A stretch of 53,989 nt of DNA, the filler included, from Sphacelaria rigidula (Eukaryota), in the NCBI GenBank assembly GCA_964200075.2. It is 5 parts of 5 records of this genome, joined end to end, with 100 filler letters (N's around TTAATTAATTAA, not from the genome) between each part and the next. Parts side by side here need not be neighbours in the genome. Positions count along the whole stretch, not along the records: positions 32,457 to 43,173 come from CAXNAA020006033.1; positions 43,274 to 53,989 come from CAXNAA020006034.1; 3 more parts are not named here. One strand, written 5' to 3'. The position numbers were made by a program, and so were the translations under genes. Each line of letters starts with the position of its first letter. Position 1 is the stretch's first letter. This document shows, piece by piece, positions 37,945 to 50,369 of this stretch. The notes beneath the pieces were generated by a model, which searched no databases, had not been told where the DNA came from, and saw only the letters and a program-made list of their open reading frames with translations.

Positions 37945-38187
37945 GCGTGCTAGAGGGGGAAATGCGGGACGTGAACGAAGGAGGCATGAAATCATCTGAG
38001 GTATTAGCTACGTAAAATGTGTTGCGCAGAGTATGGGATAAACGTCATGAGCTATGTAAGAAGCGTCATGCGCGCCGGAATGTTGAAGGTGTCTCTATTA
38101 CGAGTAGGAGCGGTGCTCCGTCTCGAAAGGGATGCGTGGTCAATGGTCAAACGACCAAGGCATACAACAAGTGAGCATGCCCCCCCT
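37945..38187 (+). mobile_element. Second LINE copy, part 2 (C-terminus and 3' tail)
   Basis: gcgtgctagagggggaaatgcgggacgtgaacgaaggaggcatgaa resumes where part 1 stops; ends ..gtggtcaatggtcaaacgaccaagg..gagcatg followed by a C-run. Confidence 0.85.
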
Positions 38188-39646
38188 CAGATTCGATTGC
38201 ACCTGTTCTCCAAAAGGGTCTCCTTGAAGGCGATCAGACTGGATGCGTTGGTCAGGGTCTACAGAACACGATCATTCGCCACTGTGTCCAGTTCGAGGTC
38301 TGTCGGATAAAGTAGGCGTGTCCCCCCCTGCGGAGAGCACTTCGCCTACCTTCGTTCCTTCGCTAACTGTGCGGAATGACCAGCACTCACACCTGTTACG
38401 GAACCTCGATCGGTGCTGTTCGTGCGGTCTCGGGTCTACCACTTGGGAGCTACGTGCCGCTACTCGCCCAAAAGGTGGCGGTGATTTGCTGCGAATGGAG
38501 TACAGTACTCTCAAACAAGGAGGTATTTTTAGCTCACCGTTGATGGTGACCAGAACCTGCTTCGGGTCCGTGGAGAACAGCCCGGTGTCCAGGGCCCAGC
38601 AGGACGCCTACCAGCTCCCGTTTCTCCGATTCACCCACCTGTTAACCATATGCTACAACCTTCCCGATACATAGTTACACCATTTTCTTCGATGTCTAGC
38701 AAACCGCCATTGGCTACGATTGGTGGAGCCGCTGTCGATGCCCGATCTCACCCGTTCTCCCGAGCTGGCTTTCGTTGCGCTTCGTGATCGTCCCTGGAGT
38801 TTGCCATCGCAGGCTTCTCGAGACAAAATGTACCTGGGGTGTACTTTCGTGCGTCAGGCAATGGCTCTAGCAAAATATTTGCCAAAACAAAACACCATGG
38901 ATGGCCGGGGCTGTACGCTTGCAACATGAAAGTAGCGATAACAAATGGCGAAGACGGCTGTAGAGTAAAATTGCCACGGGTAGTAGAGAGAATATAACTG
39001 AAAGTGTAGGAAGGGGTAAAACGGCAGAAAATCAATGGGTACCATACGGCAGACAGGGGGGCAAAAAGGGGGGAAAAATGTCATGAAGTCGGTGAAAGTA
39101 GAAAATGACGCAATTAGTGCACCGTGGGCTACGACTGCTAAATGCAGATGATGAGGGAAGGGGGCCACCAGTATAAAACGGTTGATAGTGAATAGAAAAA
39201 ATTCAAAAGCAAAAAAAATACCAGCGGTAGAGGAAATGAACATGGTATGATACGATACCAACGACCATGATATGACTCGCGGCATTGCGCAGGCACGTTC
39301 GGGGCTACAGAAGCGGGCAAAATCGAGCCGCAAAAGCGGCAAGGGCGGATGGGGGGGTGTAGTATTAGTGCGCGCTCTTCCAATGTTCGTGTGCAATTCC
39401 GAAACCTTAAAGACGAATAAAGACGTGAAAGTAGATAAAAATACCATAGAATAGAATGAAACAAAATACAGTGAAATATGGATCACTGTGAAGGGAAGAG
39501 GCAACCACAACGATGCAGTAGAAGCAGAGTGAACAAAACAAAATGGCCAAGGCGTGAGCGACGCATATAATAACTTTTACCATCGGTGTGTCTACTGCTG
39601 CCGATCAACGGCACTGGTTGCCCCCGATTACCCGACGTAAAGAAAC

Positions 39647-39778
39647 CCATGTAGTGAGGGTCCTCTGAAGTGTAGTGATGGTCCCATGAAGTGTAGTGAT
39701 GGTCCCATGTAGTGTTGTGACGATCCCATGTGGTGTTGTGACGATCCCATGTGGTGTTGTGACGATCCCCTGTAGTGG
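39647..39778 (+). repeat. 21-bp minisatellite (CCCATGTRGTGTTGTGACGAT-like) x~6
   Basis: Directly visible; units diverge progressively. Confidence 0.9.
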
Positions 39779-40077
39779 CGACACAATGACAATGCAGCGG
39801 CGACATGTTGTGGCGTGGAGCGGAAGCGAATCCATACGACTTGACCCGCGCAATGACTTTTCACAATGCCGTACATCAATCAATCATACTAGGGGGCCAT
39901 TCGTCATTTGCCGGGCGTTGAACATGTTTCGCCGCCAGGATGAATTCAGCATAGAAGCTCCGTATGTTGATAAGAAATTCATTCGGACTCACATAGGATT
40001 ATCCGAACAATTGCTCGAGCAGTCCTGTTTGGTACAAAGTTGCACAGTGAAAACACGCTGCCACAGCACACAGTACA

Positions 40078-40188
40078 GTGCAAACACCATCTGATCACGT
40101 ACCTGGCTAATATGGTGCAAACACCATGCGAACACGTACCTGGCTAACATGGTGCAAACACCGTGCGATCACGTACCTGGCTAGCATG
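40078..40188 (+). repeat. 37-bp tandem repeat x3
   Basis: gtgcaaacaccatgcgatcacgtacctggctaacatg-like units, directly adjacent. Confidence 0.92.
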
Positions 40189-41055
40189 GAGGGTACCGCT
40201 GCACCTTATCTAATGGGAGCGTGATATGAAAGACATGTCTGAATCGCGCACATTGCACGCGAAGTGCGGTCTCCCAATATCTGACTGCTCGCAAGCGATC
40301 AGCAGTCTGTGCATATGCTTACCTCCAGATGGATTTCACCCTCAACTGCTGGCCATGTGCACTCTTCGCACGCATGTTCGCCGGTTACTGTCTCGAGCCA
40401 CTTCACTTCATTCTCTAATAGTGGGACATAAGCACTCACCTGCAGCCTACAAAGCACTGAGTACACAATGCATCCGTCGCACTGTACAGTAACATCCAAA
40501 CTTCCTATAAAAGAATGTGTACTGCCCTGAGACGTGCGAACAGAATTTTAAAATTCGCTCGTTTTCCAGCGCAAGCTCGTGCACAGGCGAACGCATGCTG
40601 TCTGCAGCATTCTGCCGTAGCGATGGAGTGCGTGGGTTACCACGCCGTGAACACGCAGGACCGTGTATGAGGGTGCACGATAGGATGTACTTACAGTGCT
40701 ACTTTGGCGTGGGAACAATCAAAGCAAAAGACAGCTGCGATCTGGCCGGCTCGATGGTTGCTTCTAGAAACGAAACGGCATGACAATTGTTTTGGCCGAA
40801 AGACACTGGCCGGTGCTTGGCCGACTCAAAGCTTGAGTAGAAAGCCTAACTCTACACTGTATGCAAACACAATGTGAAGCAGGACCACTCTACAGTGATG
40901 CGACTAAGCAGTACTGGTTATCTTCGCGGTTGGTCACCATGTCGTGGTCTGATCACGAGGTGATACTGGCGTCACTCTCAAAGAACACGCCCGGCCAGGG
41001 GTGACACGAGGTCAGCGGCTGGCCACATTGAACAATCGCAGTCGAGAGGAATGAC

Positions 41056-41341
41056 GTAACAGACCATCGAGTCCGATAAGCACTGCATCGCAAGGCCAAG
41101 CAGGGTCTCACTTGCACGTACAGAAGGGGTGCTCTTGACTTGCTCGTAAGCGAGATGTCTCCAAGTGGTGGCTGATAGCTCTGTTATTAATCAGTCTTAG
41201 CAAGGTAGCTAAACGAGTGACCAGGTTGGGACGATAACCCGCCTGGAATATACCCACACCAACGTATAGCTAGAATACGACCTATCGCCCATGTCACGTA
41301 CATCAAGAACGCCTTCTATATAGGCGATTGATATCCGCCGT
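41056..41341 (+). repeat. Dispersed direct repeat, copy 2
   Basis: See 32469-32784. Confidence 0.85.
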
Positions 41342-41446
41342 CACACTACCGCACCTCCTGTACTGTCTACAGCTCGTGAAGTGGTGGGTATATCTAAGCG
41401 CATGGCTGATCGAAAGCAAGCATGCTGCATACAAACTTCTTTCGAC

Positions 41447-42498
41447 TACGAGCTGGGCCAGCCTAAAAACGGATTTAAGCTCTAAAAGCAATATCCCATC
41501 GACACAGATGAGTTGGGCCGTGATCCGCATATCGTATTAATCGTCTAGAGTAAAGTGCCCTATTAGGCACACCTTAAGCCACCCGTGGCGCCAACGGCTG
41601 GTCTGATGCCAACTACTCGATTTACAACCATTAACAGGTATCAGATAATAGCTAAGATCACTCACGACCTTCCTGGAGCAAGAGAAAAACAAATGGAGGT
41701 GATAGAGGCTGTGCGGTATATCATTCGTTCGCTCAAAACAATCGCGAAATATGGGTGCTGGCCATATAGGCACACTTTTGCTCAACTAGTGATCGCGCAC
41801 GTTCCGGAGTGTTTCAAAAGCCCATATTTGGTATGACTATTTGTGAGGTCACTGACGGCGATGCGAAAAAAATCACGCAGGTTCAAAACCGGGGACGTAA
41901 ATGACATATCCCCGGTTTCTCGGTCTTACAACGATGGCGCAACTTTATCCGTGTTTTACCCCTTCGCATTCCCCGTGCACATAAAGCAACGCCGAACCAA
42001 AAATTTGATGTTTTTATGACATTTTCGTGACATGTGAAAGCTTTGGGAAAAACAAACGTGCATTTTGGAGCAATTTTTGACGATTTTATGCTCATTCGAA
42101 CATGGGCACTTTTCGCCTGGTTTCGCCTTTCGCTACGGTAAGAATGAACACCGAAATGCGCCAAGCTCTACCTCACGAAAAACATGCTAATTTCAATGCC
42201 AAAGCATGCCGCTGAGTACACGCACCCCAACTGTAGTCACAGACAAGAAAATAAACATATATATACAAGGGGTTCGGCGGCTTACGCCGCCACGGTCAAT
42301 GATATCGACAGCCAAGGTTCATGAGAACCGGTCATCCTTGCTCGCATTGCGTAACGGCACAGGTCATATTTTTAAGTGGAGTATTTTCCGCTGTGTGCGC
42401 ACGAGCTGGGCCAGCCTAGAAACGGATTTAGACTCTCAAAGCAATATCTCATCGACACAGATGAGTTAGGTCATGATCCGCGAATTGTATTAATTGTC
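41447..42498 (+). repeat. Pair of ~100-bp direct repeats (41447-41545, 42401-42498), probable DNA-transposon termini
   Basis: acgagctgggccagccta.aaacggattta..ctc.aaagcaatatc.catcgacacagatgagtt is shared. The same start, TA|CGAGCTGGGCCAGCC, also occurs at 53267 on another contig. Confidence 0.75.
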
Positions 42499-43173
42499 CA
42501 ATCAAGGGAAAGGTGCCCATATGCTCCAAAGTCCGGGCCAATATTTTCTCTTTGATTAAACCCTATCTATAGTACTTCCTTTACCTAACGGAGATAGCGT
42601 CTATACTAGAATGCATATGAAACCCCAATCGATGCAATCAGCGGATGGCAACGATTTTCAGTCTGGACATTCCCCGGAGCACTGGGAGACGATAGATATC
42701 CTCACGTTCACCTCATTCGTCATCTATCTCGAGATATAGCGCACATAAGGCTCATTACTAAAATCGATATATTACGAGCAGAGGCACTAAATGCTATAAA
42801 TCCGTATATCGCGTCTCAGTTTTCGAGAGTTGTGCTATAAATTTTCATATGGAGAGTCGCCAGTGCATAATCAAGCTAAAAAAAGAGCCCTTCCATATAT
42901 ATATTTTTTTTCATTTTTTTCGGGTTTTTAGGGCAGTTTTGAGGAGATATGGACACTGCTCTCTAGCCATATCTCAATGTTTCAGCTCAATTTTTAGAAT
43001 TGTGATATGAAACTTATCATGAAGGATCACAAACAACGTTTTCGTGAAATATAGAGTTGAAGGTACGACTGAGAGTGAACAGCGGCCAATTAGTGAATAA
43101 GCCGTTTCAGTTCCGAAATGCACCTCCACCAGGCCCAATATTCTCTCTGTATGAGCTTACGACTGCGGCTCTC

Positions 43174-43273
43174 NNNNNNNNNNNNNNNNNNNNNNNNNNN
43201 NNNNNNNNNNNNNNNNNTTAATTAATTAANNNNNNNNNNNNNNNNNNNNNNNNNNNNNNNNNNNNNNNNNNNN
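43174..43273. other. Artificial contig-joining spacer
   Basis: Same 100-nt N/TTAATTAATTAA/N structure. Confidence 0.98.
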
Positions 43274-43781
43274 CCTCCCTCTCGCGACAAGCTTCCGATC
43301 CCAAGGGATCCTTCCATCAACACTCTCGAATCCCGCCAACACTCATTGAATTCTCTTTGCTACCCACGCTCTAACGCATCCGACGACGGAAAACTTGGTG
43401 ACGTCCAACACGACCGCATCGCTGTCAAAATTCGAGCCCGGAAACAATGCGCCACAAAAAACCGTTGCTGTGCCACTTGGGCCGCCAGGGCGCGGCGGCA
43501 AAAACAAAAACAACAAAAATACAACACCCGCAGGCACAAAAAATGAACATCCAAACTGACACAGAATACTCATGCGGTCAACCAGGCAAAATGAGCGGCC
43601 AGCCGCATGATACTACTTTCTTCTGCCCTTCCCCCGACCCCGCCTCCTCGGTGGAATCTGCAGCCTCTTCAGGGATCAACCAACCCACACGTGTCTCTCT
43701 TCTCCTGCACCTGCCTGTTTACGCAGTATCTTGAGGATTGAATCATCCCATCCCTTCCCCGGTACTGCATCAGCATTTTAC

Positions 43782-43869
43782 CTTCTGAAGGATTGGATCA
43801 ACACTCTCTCTCAACCCATCGAGTTCGATCACACCTAACGATGAAGCCGATGCAAGTACGTATTGACGC
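43782..43869 (-). CDS. Unknown UIM-like gene, exon 7 of those reconstructed
   Basis: gaag|(R)RQYVLASASSLGVIELDGLRESVDPILQK|gtaaaa; phase 2 in, phase 0 out. Confidence 0.5.
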
Positions 43870-44129
43870 CTTCGGACAACAGAAACCACAAAAAAGCAAC
43901 TCATCAACCAGGATATCACACTGTCACACTGGGATACAGCACAGCTCGGCCAAAAAAAGCGAAGGTTGAACACATACTTGGCTTTACCGTACACCTCATA
44001 TTCCGATCTTTACCGGGTTCACAGTCCTAAGCACTCGGTAAGGACGTGCGCAGCCTGCGCAGCACGTGTATGGCCTCAAATCGGTGCCGCAGGCGGGCGT
44101 CATTTGAGCCAAAACAAAACAAAGTGCAC

Positions 44130-44203
44130 CTTTCCTGAGGAACTGACTCAGTGCGCTTCCCTTGCCCGAGGGGTATCGCTCCGCCTTTCGGGTTAGGAAT
44201 AGC
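44130..44203 (-). CDS. Unknown UIM-like gene, exon 6
   Basis: ataag|AIPNPKGGAIPLGQGKRTESVPQE(R)|gtgcac; bridges phase 0 to phase 2. Confidence 0.5.
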
Positions 44204-44388
44204 CTTATAAAAGCAAAGTACTGTATGTGTCAACCATCGTTTATTTTCGCCGAACCGCGACAAACCCGTCTCGGGCTCCATCGCACAAAATTTGTCCAGG
44301 CTATCATATTTCCGTGTCCTCGTTCGACCGCCACGGAATCCGTGCAACCATCCAATCGCAACTCTACACCCTAAAACAAGGTGCTTAC

Positions 44389-44540
44389 CTCAGCCGACGA
44401 CGCCTTGATAGCCTGCTTGAGCTGCTCTCGTTCGGCCCTCTCCAGCTTTTCACGATCCGCCATAGCCTTGACCCTGGCCAACGCCTGCCGCTCACGCCTG
44501 GCTTCACGCTCGGCTTCTGTGCCGTATTTTCTCTCGTAGG
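44389..44540 (-). CDS. Unknown UIM-like gene, exon 5 (charged helix and second UIM-like motif)
   Basis: gtag|(A)YERKYGTEAEREARRERQALARVKAMADREKLERAEREQLKQAIKASSAE|gtaagc; phase 1 matches the upstream exon. Not in the ORF track. Confidence 0.72.
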
Positions 44541-46253
44541 CTACTTAGTCAACGAAGCGTATGGGGAATAGTCCCAAATCATCAGATTGAACAGCAACGC
44601 ACACGATCCTTGTGGATTTGGGTGTATGATGCCCATGAGAGCTACGTTATCGGAGGAGGCGCACAACTACTTCAACGCTACAGGAATTCTTCAAAGCGTT
44701 ACACACGAAGGGGAAACCATCTTCTCCGCAAAGCACAGGATGGACGATACATACATGGGGTGACATGCCAATTCTATTTGGATTACGATGACCGCTTGGG
44801 TACAGGGAAGGTTGTCAACGCTCATGTCCTGGGTGAGTAGCGCTTTTTGTGAGGCGGACAATAATCGTAGATACCGCACACAGCATTAGTATTCACAGCA
44901 AAATCTTCGCTAGATCGCATGTGTAGAATTTGATTCGAGTGTGGACTTTCCAGGCCAATTTCACTTGGGAAACAATTCAAAATGATTCCAATTCTACAAT
45001 TCTGCCCAATGCCGGGTGTATCCATATGGGGAATCGGCATCATGTTCACTTCAAAACTTACTCCGTGACCGAGATTGACATGGCGTTCAAAGGTTTGAAT
45101 TTCCGAAAAGTTAGACGTTGGATATATAATCCAAAGTCAAACAAAGACAAACATTCCGTTGTGTGGTATCGCGACGCATTACTACACTGCACTCGCTTCC
45201 AACGTATTCATCGGGAAAGCTTTGTGGGGTGCATGCCATCATGTGCGAGGTATAATCGGGATCTGTTCAAAGTACAGGGGTGCATTAACGAGAGGAAAGT
45301 TCCGATGAGTGATATCGCCCATCTTCTTCTCCTGATGTTCCTTGAACAAGCGTGTCGTTCCGTATTATTACTCGTGTAGCCGACAACTCCAAATTGCACA
45401 ATGTTTCACAAAGTCACTTGTGTTCGCCCTTCAACTGCTGGGGTAGGTGATCTGTTGAATTGGCATAATTTACGCTTGACATTCAGACATATTGGTGTTA
45501 CACCCACTAGCGGACCACATGAAACCAACGTCTTGTTACTAGGGCACACACTCGATCAAATGCTAGACACTCAAATTGGCGAAAAAGGTGTTTTCTGTAG
45601 TCTCAGAGAGACAGTAAATGAATGTTGTTTTCTTATTTTACATGGTTTTTAAAAAATTGGAGTTTATTTCGCAAGCCGCGTAGTACCACACCTACTGAAA
45701 AAAAAATGACAACGACAAAAACATCGCGTCATGGAAAACGACACATGGTACTCGCGTGCGCTACGCATCGCAAAGACAACATAATCTGAAGTCCGACCGC
45801 TGACAGCACTTAGCTGAAAGCAGCAAGCGTGGGAACCAGGACGTAACGGAGAGTATGTATCAGCATCGACAACGGGTTGCACCACGGAGCTTGAATGCTT
45901 TGGTCGATTCATTAATCGCTTTACTGTCGCGTACTGGCTGGTCTGCTGCTACTCTAGGTGTGGTAACGAGATGAACGCGGAGGTACCCCAGGCCAACAAT
46001 AGGGAGACACTAGCTGAAAAGAAAATTTACAAAGGGGCGGATCGAAAAAAGGGACGTGAACTCAACAGTTAACTGGGGAATGACAATAAAATGAAAGTAC
46101 AATCAAGGTAAATTCAAAGGAAACTTCATGGAGAGTGACAAAAATTGTGCTGCATGTAGCTACCGAACATGAACCACTGCGGAATACGGCATGCTGAATC
46201 TGGGTATGCTCGCCAAAAACAATACCTCCTCCTCAAATAACGTGAGCGCTTAC

Positions 46254-46383
46254 CGCGTTTGGACTCTGCGGCGGACTCCCGAATGGCAACCCTCATTAGA
46301 CGCTCCTCGTCTTCCTCCAAGGTCAAGCCTCTCAAAGGCTCATGTCCGAATTGCATGGCCGCCACCCGATCTTCGGTCGACGG
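46254..46383 (-). CDS. Unknown UIM-like gene, exon 4 (first UIM-like motif)
   Basis: Strong pyrimidine tract, then tag|PSTEDRVAAMQFGHEPLRGLTLEEDEERLMRVAIRESAAESKR|gtaagc. Confidence 0.72.
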
Positions 46384-47432
46384 CTACAGAACGAAAGTGC
46401 AGACAGAGGGAACAAGAAGGAAAAGAGACGAACATGAAGCGTCATGCACCGTACGAAGCGAAGCAAGCGTGAAGAAACGTTTACGGTTGGATGATCGTAC
46501 ATGACACTTCTGAATTCCGAGCGAAAAAAAAAAAGATAATGAACAAAAAACGAGCCGTAGAAAAGAGTGCGATGGACAGTACTGCAGCATGAAAACAATC
46601 ACGACTTCTCAATCCTCATCGCATCATATTTTAGTGGTGTGTGGTTATCTTTCTGTGACATTTTCCAACACATTTTTCAAGCAACTTTATATCACGGCTC
46701 ATTACCATCTTAACGAAAACGCAGAAAGTAGGGCTAGGTGCTAGACCAGTACACACGCGGAAGGGGGTGTTATTGGGGGTAAGTGGGTGGGATGGGAGAC
46801 TAAATCCGAGATATACCCCGATGGACCGCGTTCACTTGCGATTGTCACTGATTGAAGTGATTCGTGTGACAACTCCGGCCGTAACGGAGGTATCGAGCGA
46901 ATTATATATTTTTGTCACGTACGTCCAACATAAATTTGGCCAGCTTGTGAATGGCCGTGCAGCCGCGGGTTCGTGTACGAGTGCTTCATGATAGTCCCCA
47001 CTGCAAATAAAGAGTTATTTTACATCCTCCTGTGTGAAGAATTAAGGAGACCGTACGGCATGTTGTTAAAAAAAGCGTTACACCGTCCTGTATGTAGACA
47101 GTAAAGACGGCCTGTACTGTTTGTACTACACGTTGTTCAAGTTTATCAACATCCTTCGGTATATAGACGTTACATGCCGTCTGCACTGTCTGTACTGCAC
47201 GTTGTTCGAATATTTCACGACAGCAAATGCCTGCCAATATCCCACGGTACTGTCAACCAACATTTTGTACCGAAACGCGGTCCGGCGCTCCAATGGCTGA
47301 AACACTTGAACTGTGAGCCGGTGAAAATATTCCGAAACGATACTGGAGGTCAAGGGGTTGAGTTCCGAAAGTGGGGTTAACAACAATGTGGCAGACGGAA
47401 AAAGACCCTATCATGACGGCACGACGGATCAC

Positions 47433-47570
47433 CTCGAGGGGAACGTAGACGCACTCCGCCATGCCCCTTGCGCACCAGTCCTCGCGGGTGGGGAACCACC
47501 CCCGACAGTTCGACTTTCCGAACTGGACCCCATGCAGGAGCCAGAAAGGCCGCGACGATTGCCTCCGTAC
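47433..47570 (-). CDS. Unknown UIM-like gene, exon 3
   Basis: ctag|VRRQSSRPFWLLHGVQFGKSNCRGWFPTREDWCARGMAECVYVPLE|gtgatc; phase 0/0. Confidence 0.55.
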
Positions 47571-47699
47571 CTAGGACATCGAAACATCGAGATGGGATAC
47601 CACGAGACAGCAGCGTAACGGAAATGCAGGGATCAAGAATCCAAAAGGGGGGGGGGGCAGCCAGCACAGACGGCGTTTTCGATATTCTATTGCGACTAC

Positions 47700-47826
47700 T
47701 TGTTCCTCATATTTTCGGTTCTTGAAAGGACACATCTTCATCTTTAATCTCCAGTGCTCATGAGCGCATGTGCAGACCCGCGGTCTATCGACCACGCTCT
47801 GACCTGCTGTCAGCGGTGGATATCGC
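47700..47826 (-). CDS. Unknown UIM-like gene, exon 2
   Basis: acag|RYPPLTAGQSVVDRPRVCTCAHEHWRLKMKMCPFKNRKYEEQ|gtagtc (weak donor). Confidence 0.42.
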
Positions 47827-48284
47827 CTGTGCAGTGTGTGACCCGCGTCCAGGGTTTAGACGATATATGTGATTTGTGCTTGGCAGTTTACTTTTCGGTA
47901 CACAATCATCACAGCATCGTAGCACAGCTGGAACATAACAAATACGCCGAGTACAGTGTTAGACAATGACGATATTCAGCTGACGTTTCATCACTTAGCA
48001 GGAATGATAGTTATACTCAATTTTCGTATTTCCACCCTTTGACCGCTAGGGTGGGTCATCTGGGTCGCATATTCACTTTTCAACTGAAAAGCATGCCGAT
48101 TCAACGGACGGCCTGCCCTAGCGATCAAGGGGTCACGACTCCATCTATGGTTTCACGCCGCATTCTTCGATCACGGAGATTTCGGCATCCCTACTATTGC
48201 AGAAATTGTACCCAAAAATTTACACACAAAGCCACGTGTTGGTATAGTCAATGAAGTCAAATGGACTGACTGCGTCGAGCTCAC

Positions 48285-48385
48285 ACGGCTGAACCCTTCC
48301 GCCACCGGCAGATGGACATATCAGCCTCACAAGTGACTGCGATTGTATACACAGCATCGACCCTAGCGCGGTACAAGGGTGAAAC
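48285..48385 (-). CDS. Unknown UIM-like gene, exon 1 of those reconstructed (not the gene start)
   Basis: ccag|VSPLYRARVDAVYTIAVTCEADMSICRWRKGSA(V)|gtgagc; phase 2 matches the next exon. Confidence 0.48.
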
Positions 48386-50369
48386 CTGGGCGGTAGAAGG
48401 TTTGACAACGAACATTATCGCATAATAACAACGGGAAGAAAAAAAATGGCGAGGATCCCCACGTGGAGAGCACGTTCGCTACACTTCGAGGTTCCCCGGA
48501 TCCGGTCTCCTATACAACACCCGCGAGTATCGTTCTCCCACGATCAAAGGCTTGCTCGCGGTCTTGTCCCGGACGAGACACTCTACAGGTTCAAACCAGA
48601 GCATGTTTTCCATTACATCCGCAAACCTCGACTCTACAACTAGAGCACCAACACAGCGCGCGCTATAGCCAGTCTCCATTGGGGAACATAGTGTTTCCAC
48701 CTACACAGTATTTCGCTCGCGAGCTCTGTCGCGCGCAGTTTGACTCCAGGCAAGTGCCAGGAATTTCCCACCTGCACTGTGAAACGACTGAATCCGTAGG
48801 TTGGCAAAACATGCCTCGTCAACAGACGTTATTCCTTGCCAGGCTGCTTGAAACCGTTTGTTGTAAGCAAAGGTCGAAGTTCTATTTCAAAATTCGGTCT
48901 AAGCGTGTATGCTAGTTTACCTGTGGGAATTTGTCCCTCATGTGGGTGGTGGTTTCCATATCACGGTGTGAAAAGGTGATTCCTTGACAGGCATTTGTGG
49001 GGAATTTCTCTTATATGGTGGTTCCCACACAACCCCCCCCCCCCTTCATGAAGCTCTTGGAGGTTTGTAGGAGTTACACCTTTTCCCGCGGCTAGCGGTT
49101 GGAATCTTACCTTTCAATTCACATATCTTCCATGTTTGTTGGGTTATCCTACCGACCATTGCCCCGGAGGTTTTCCGTGCAGTCTTGAACTCTGCTTCAG
49201 AAAGTATCCACCATTTGTTTTTGGCTCCAACCATTTTGGTGGAATCCGGGATTAAAATCAGGGACCTTCTGTTCATGAAGCGTGCGAGCTGTGTCATGGT
49301 GTCGCCAGTGTGAAAATGTGGTTCCTCGACAGATACTGGTGGGAATTTGTCCCTTTTTTATCTGGTGGTTCCTACATCCCTTGATATGTATGTACACATT
49401 TTGGGCCATCATTAAAATCTCTTTCCTTTTTTCCAAACGACTCCGGGGTCTCAAGTCTCAAAGGATCAACCCGTCTCTCCCCCGGCACGTTAAAGTATAC
49501 GCCTCACGGCTTGGTTTCGCGAAGCAGAGTACAACAACGTTCCCGCACCGCGTGGACTCTCGTCAACTGTGTTACAACCCGCGTAATCGCGTCCTCACCT
49601 TTTCGCCGATGGAAGCGATTTCCAACCACATTTGCATGGATTTCCGTCAGTTCGCAATCGTCGGTCTACCCCACCTACTACTACTTGGAGTTCCAAACGT
49701 GTTGAAAAGCGGTATCGTCCTGCTGCCTCCATGTATCTCCCCGTTTCCATCCCACTCTTTCCTCTTCGTCAATTCTTCTGCTAACTTTTCGCTATTGTCT
49801 CTTCATCGTATTTCCCCTGCATTTGTTGTCCTCAAGTTTTTTTTCCAACTTCCCTTTTTTATTTCCTCCAGTGATTTTTTTTATTCTCTTTCAGTATTAT
49901 ATTTCTTCTCCCCAATCATGTTCTCCTTTTTCTGCCCCCCTCACCACGTACGAACGCGGACCCTTCTCCTCTTTCGCACCACGCCTGCGGTGTCGCGCGG
50001 ACATGGCAGCCTCCCACCGCTGCTCATCTTCTTGCCCTCGCCCCCCTCCTCCCCGTTGCCGAAACGCCTCCGACGAATCTATCGGCGGATCATGCTGGAG
50101 GTGGTGTTCGGTGGCGATACCATTGGCGGCGAATATGCTCTTCGTTGGTTCGCCCGCTTTTAGCTTGGCCTGCTTACGCCCTTTGCCCGACTTTTGGGAG
50201 CCCAGCCCTCGCCCGTCGAACGCCACCTGCATTTTGTTTCAGTGATAGTACGTATATGAATTGTAGCGACGCACGAGAGCACAGCATTTTGCCAACGCCT
50301 CCTTATCGAAATTTGCCCGATTTTCACTCGAAACGAGAGAGGGTGAAAAATGCTCGGCAAGGTCATGCA

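Noticed and set aside
27909..40188. Short direct-repeat arrays (21-bp at 27909 and 39647, 37-bp at 40078, 158-bp at 37200) as CRISPR arrays
   Set aside because: Units are directly adjacent with no unique spacers, there are no cas genes, and the context is eukaryotic; these are mini/satellites.
49282..50163. Longest ORF in the track (293 aa, plus strand)
   Set aside because: F/S/L/P-rich composition is the antisense shadow of a purine-rich minus strand; no motif. The minus strand itself is frame-broken, so no gene was called.
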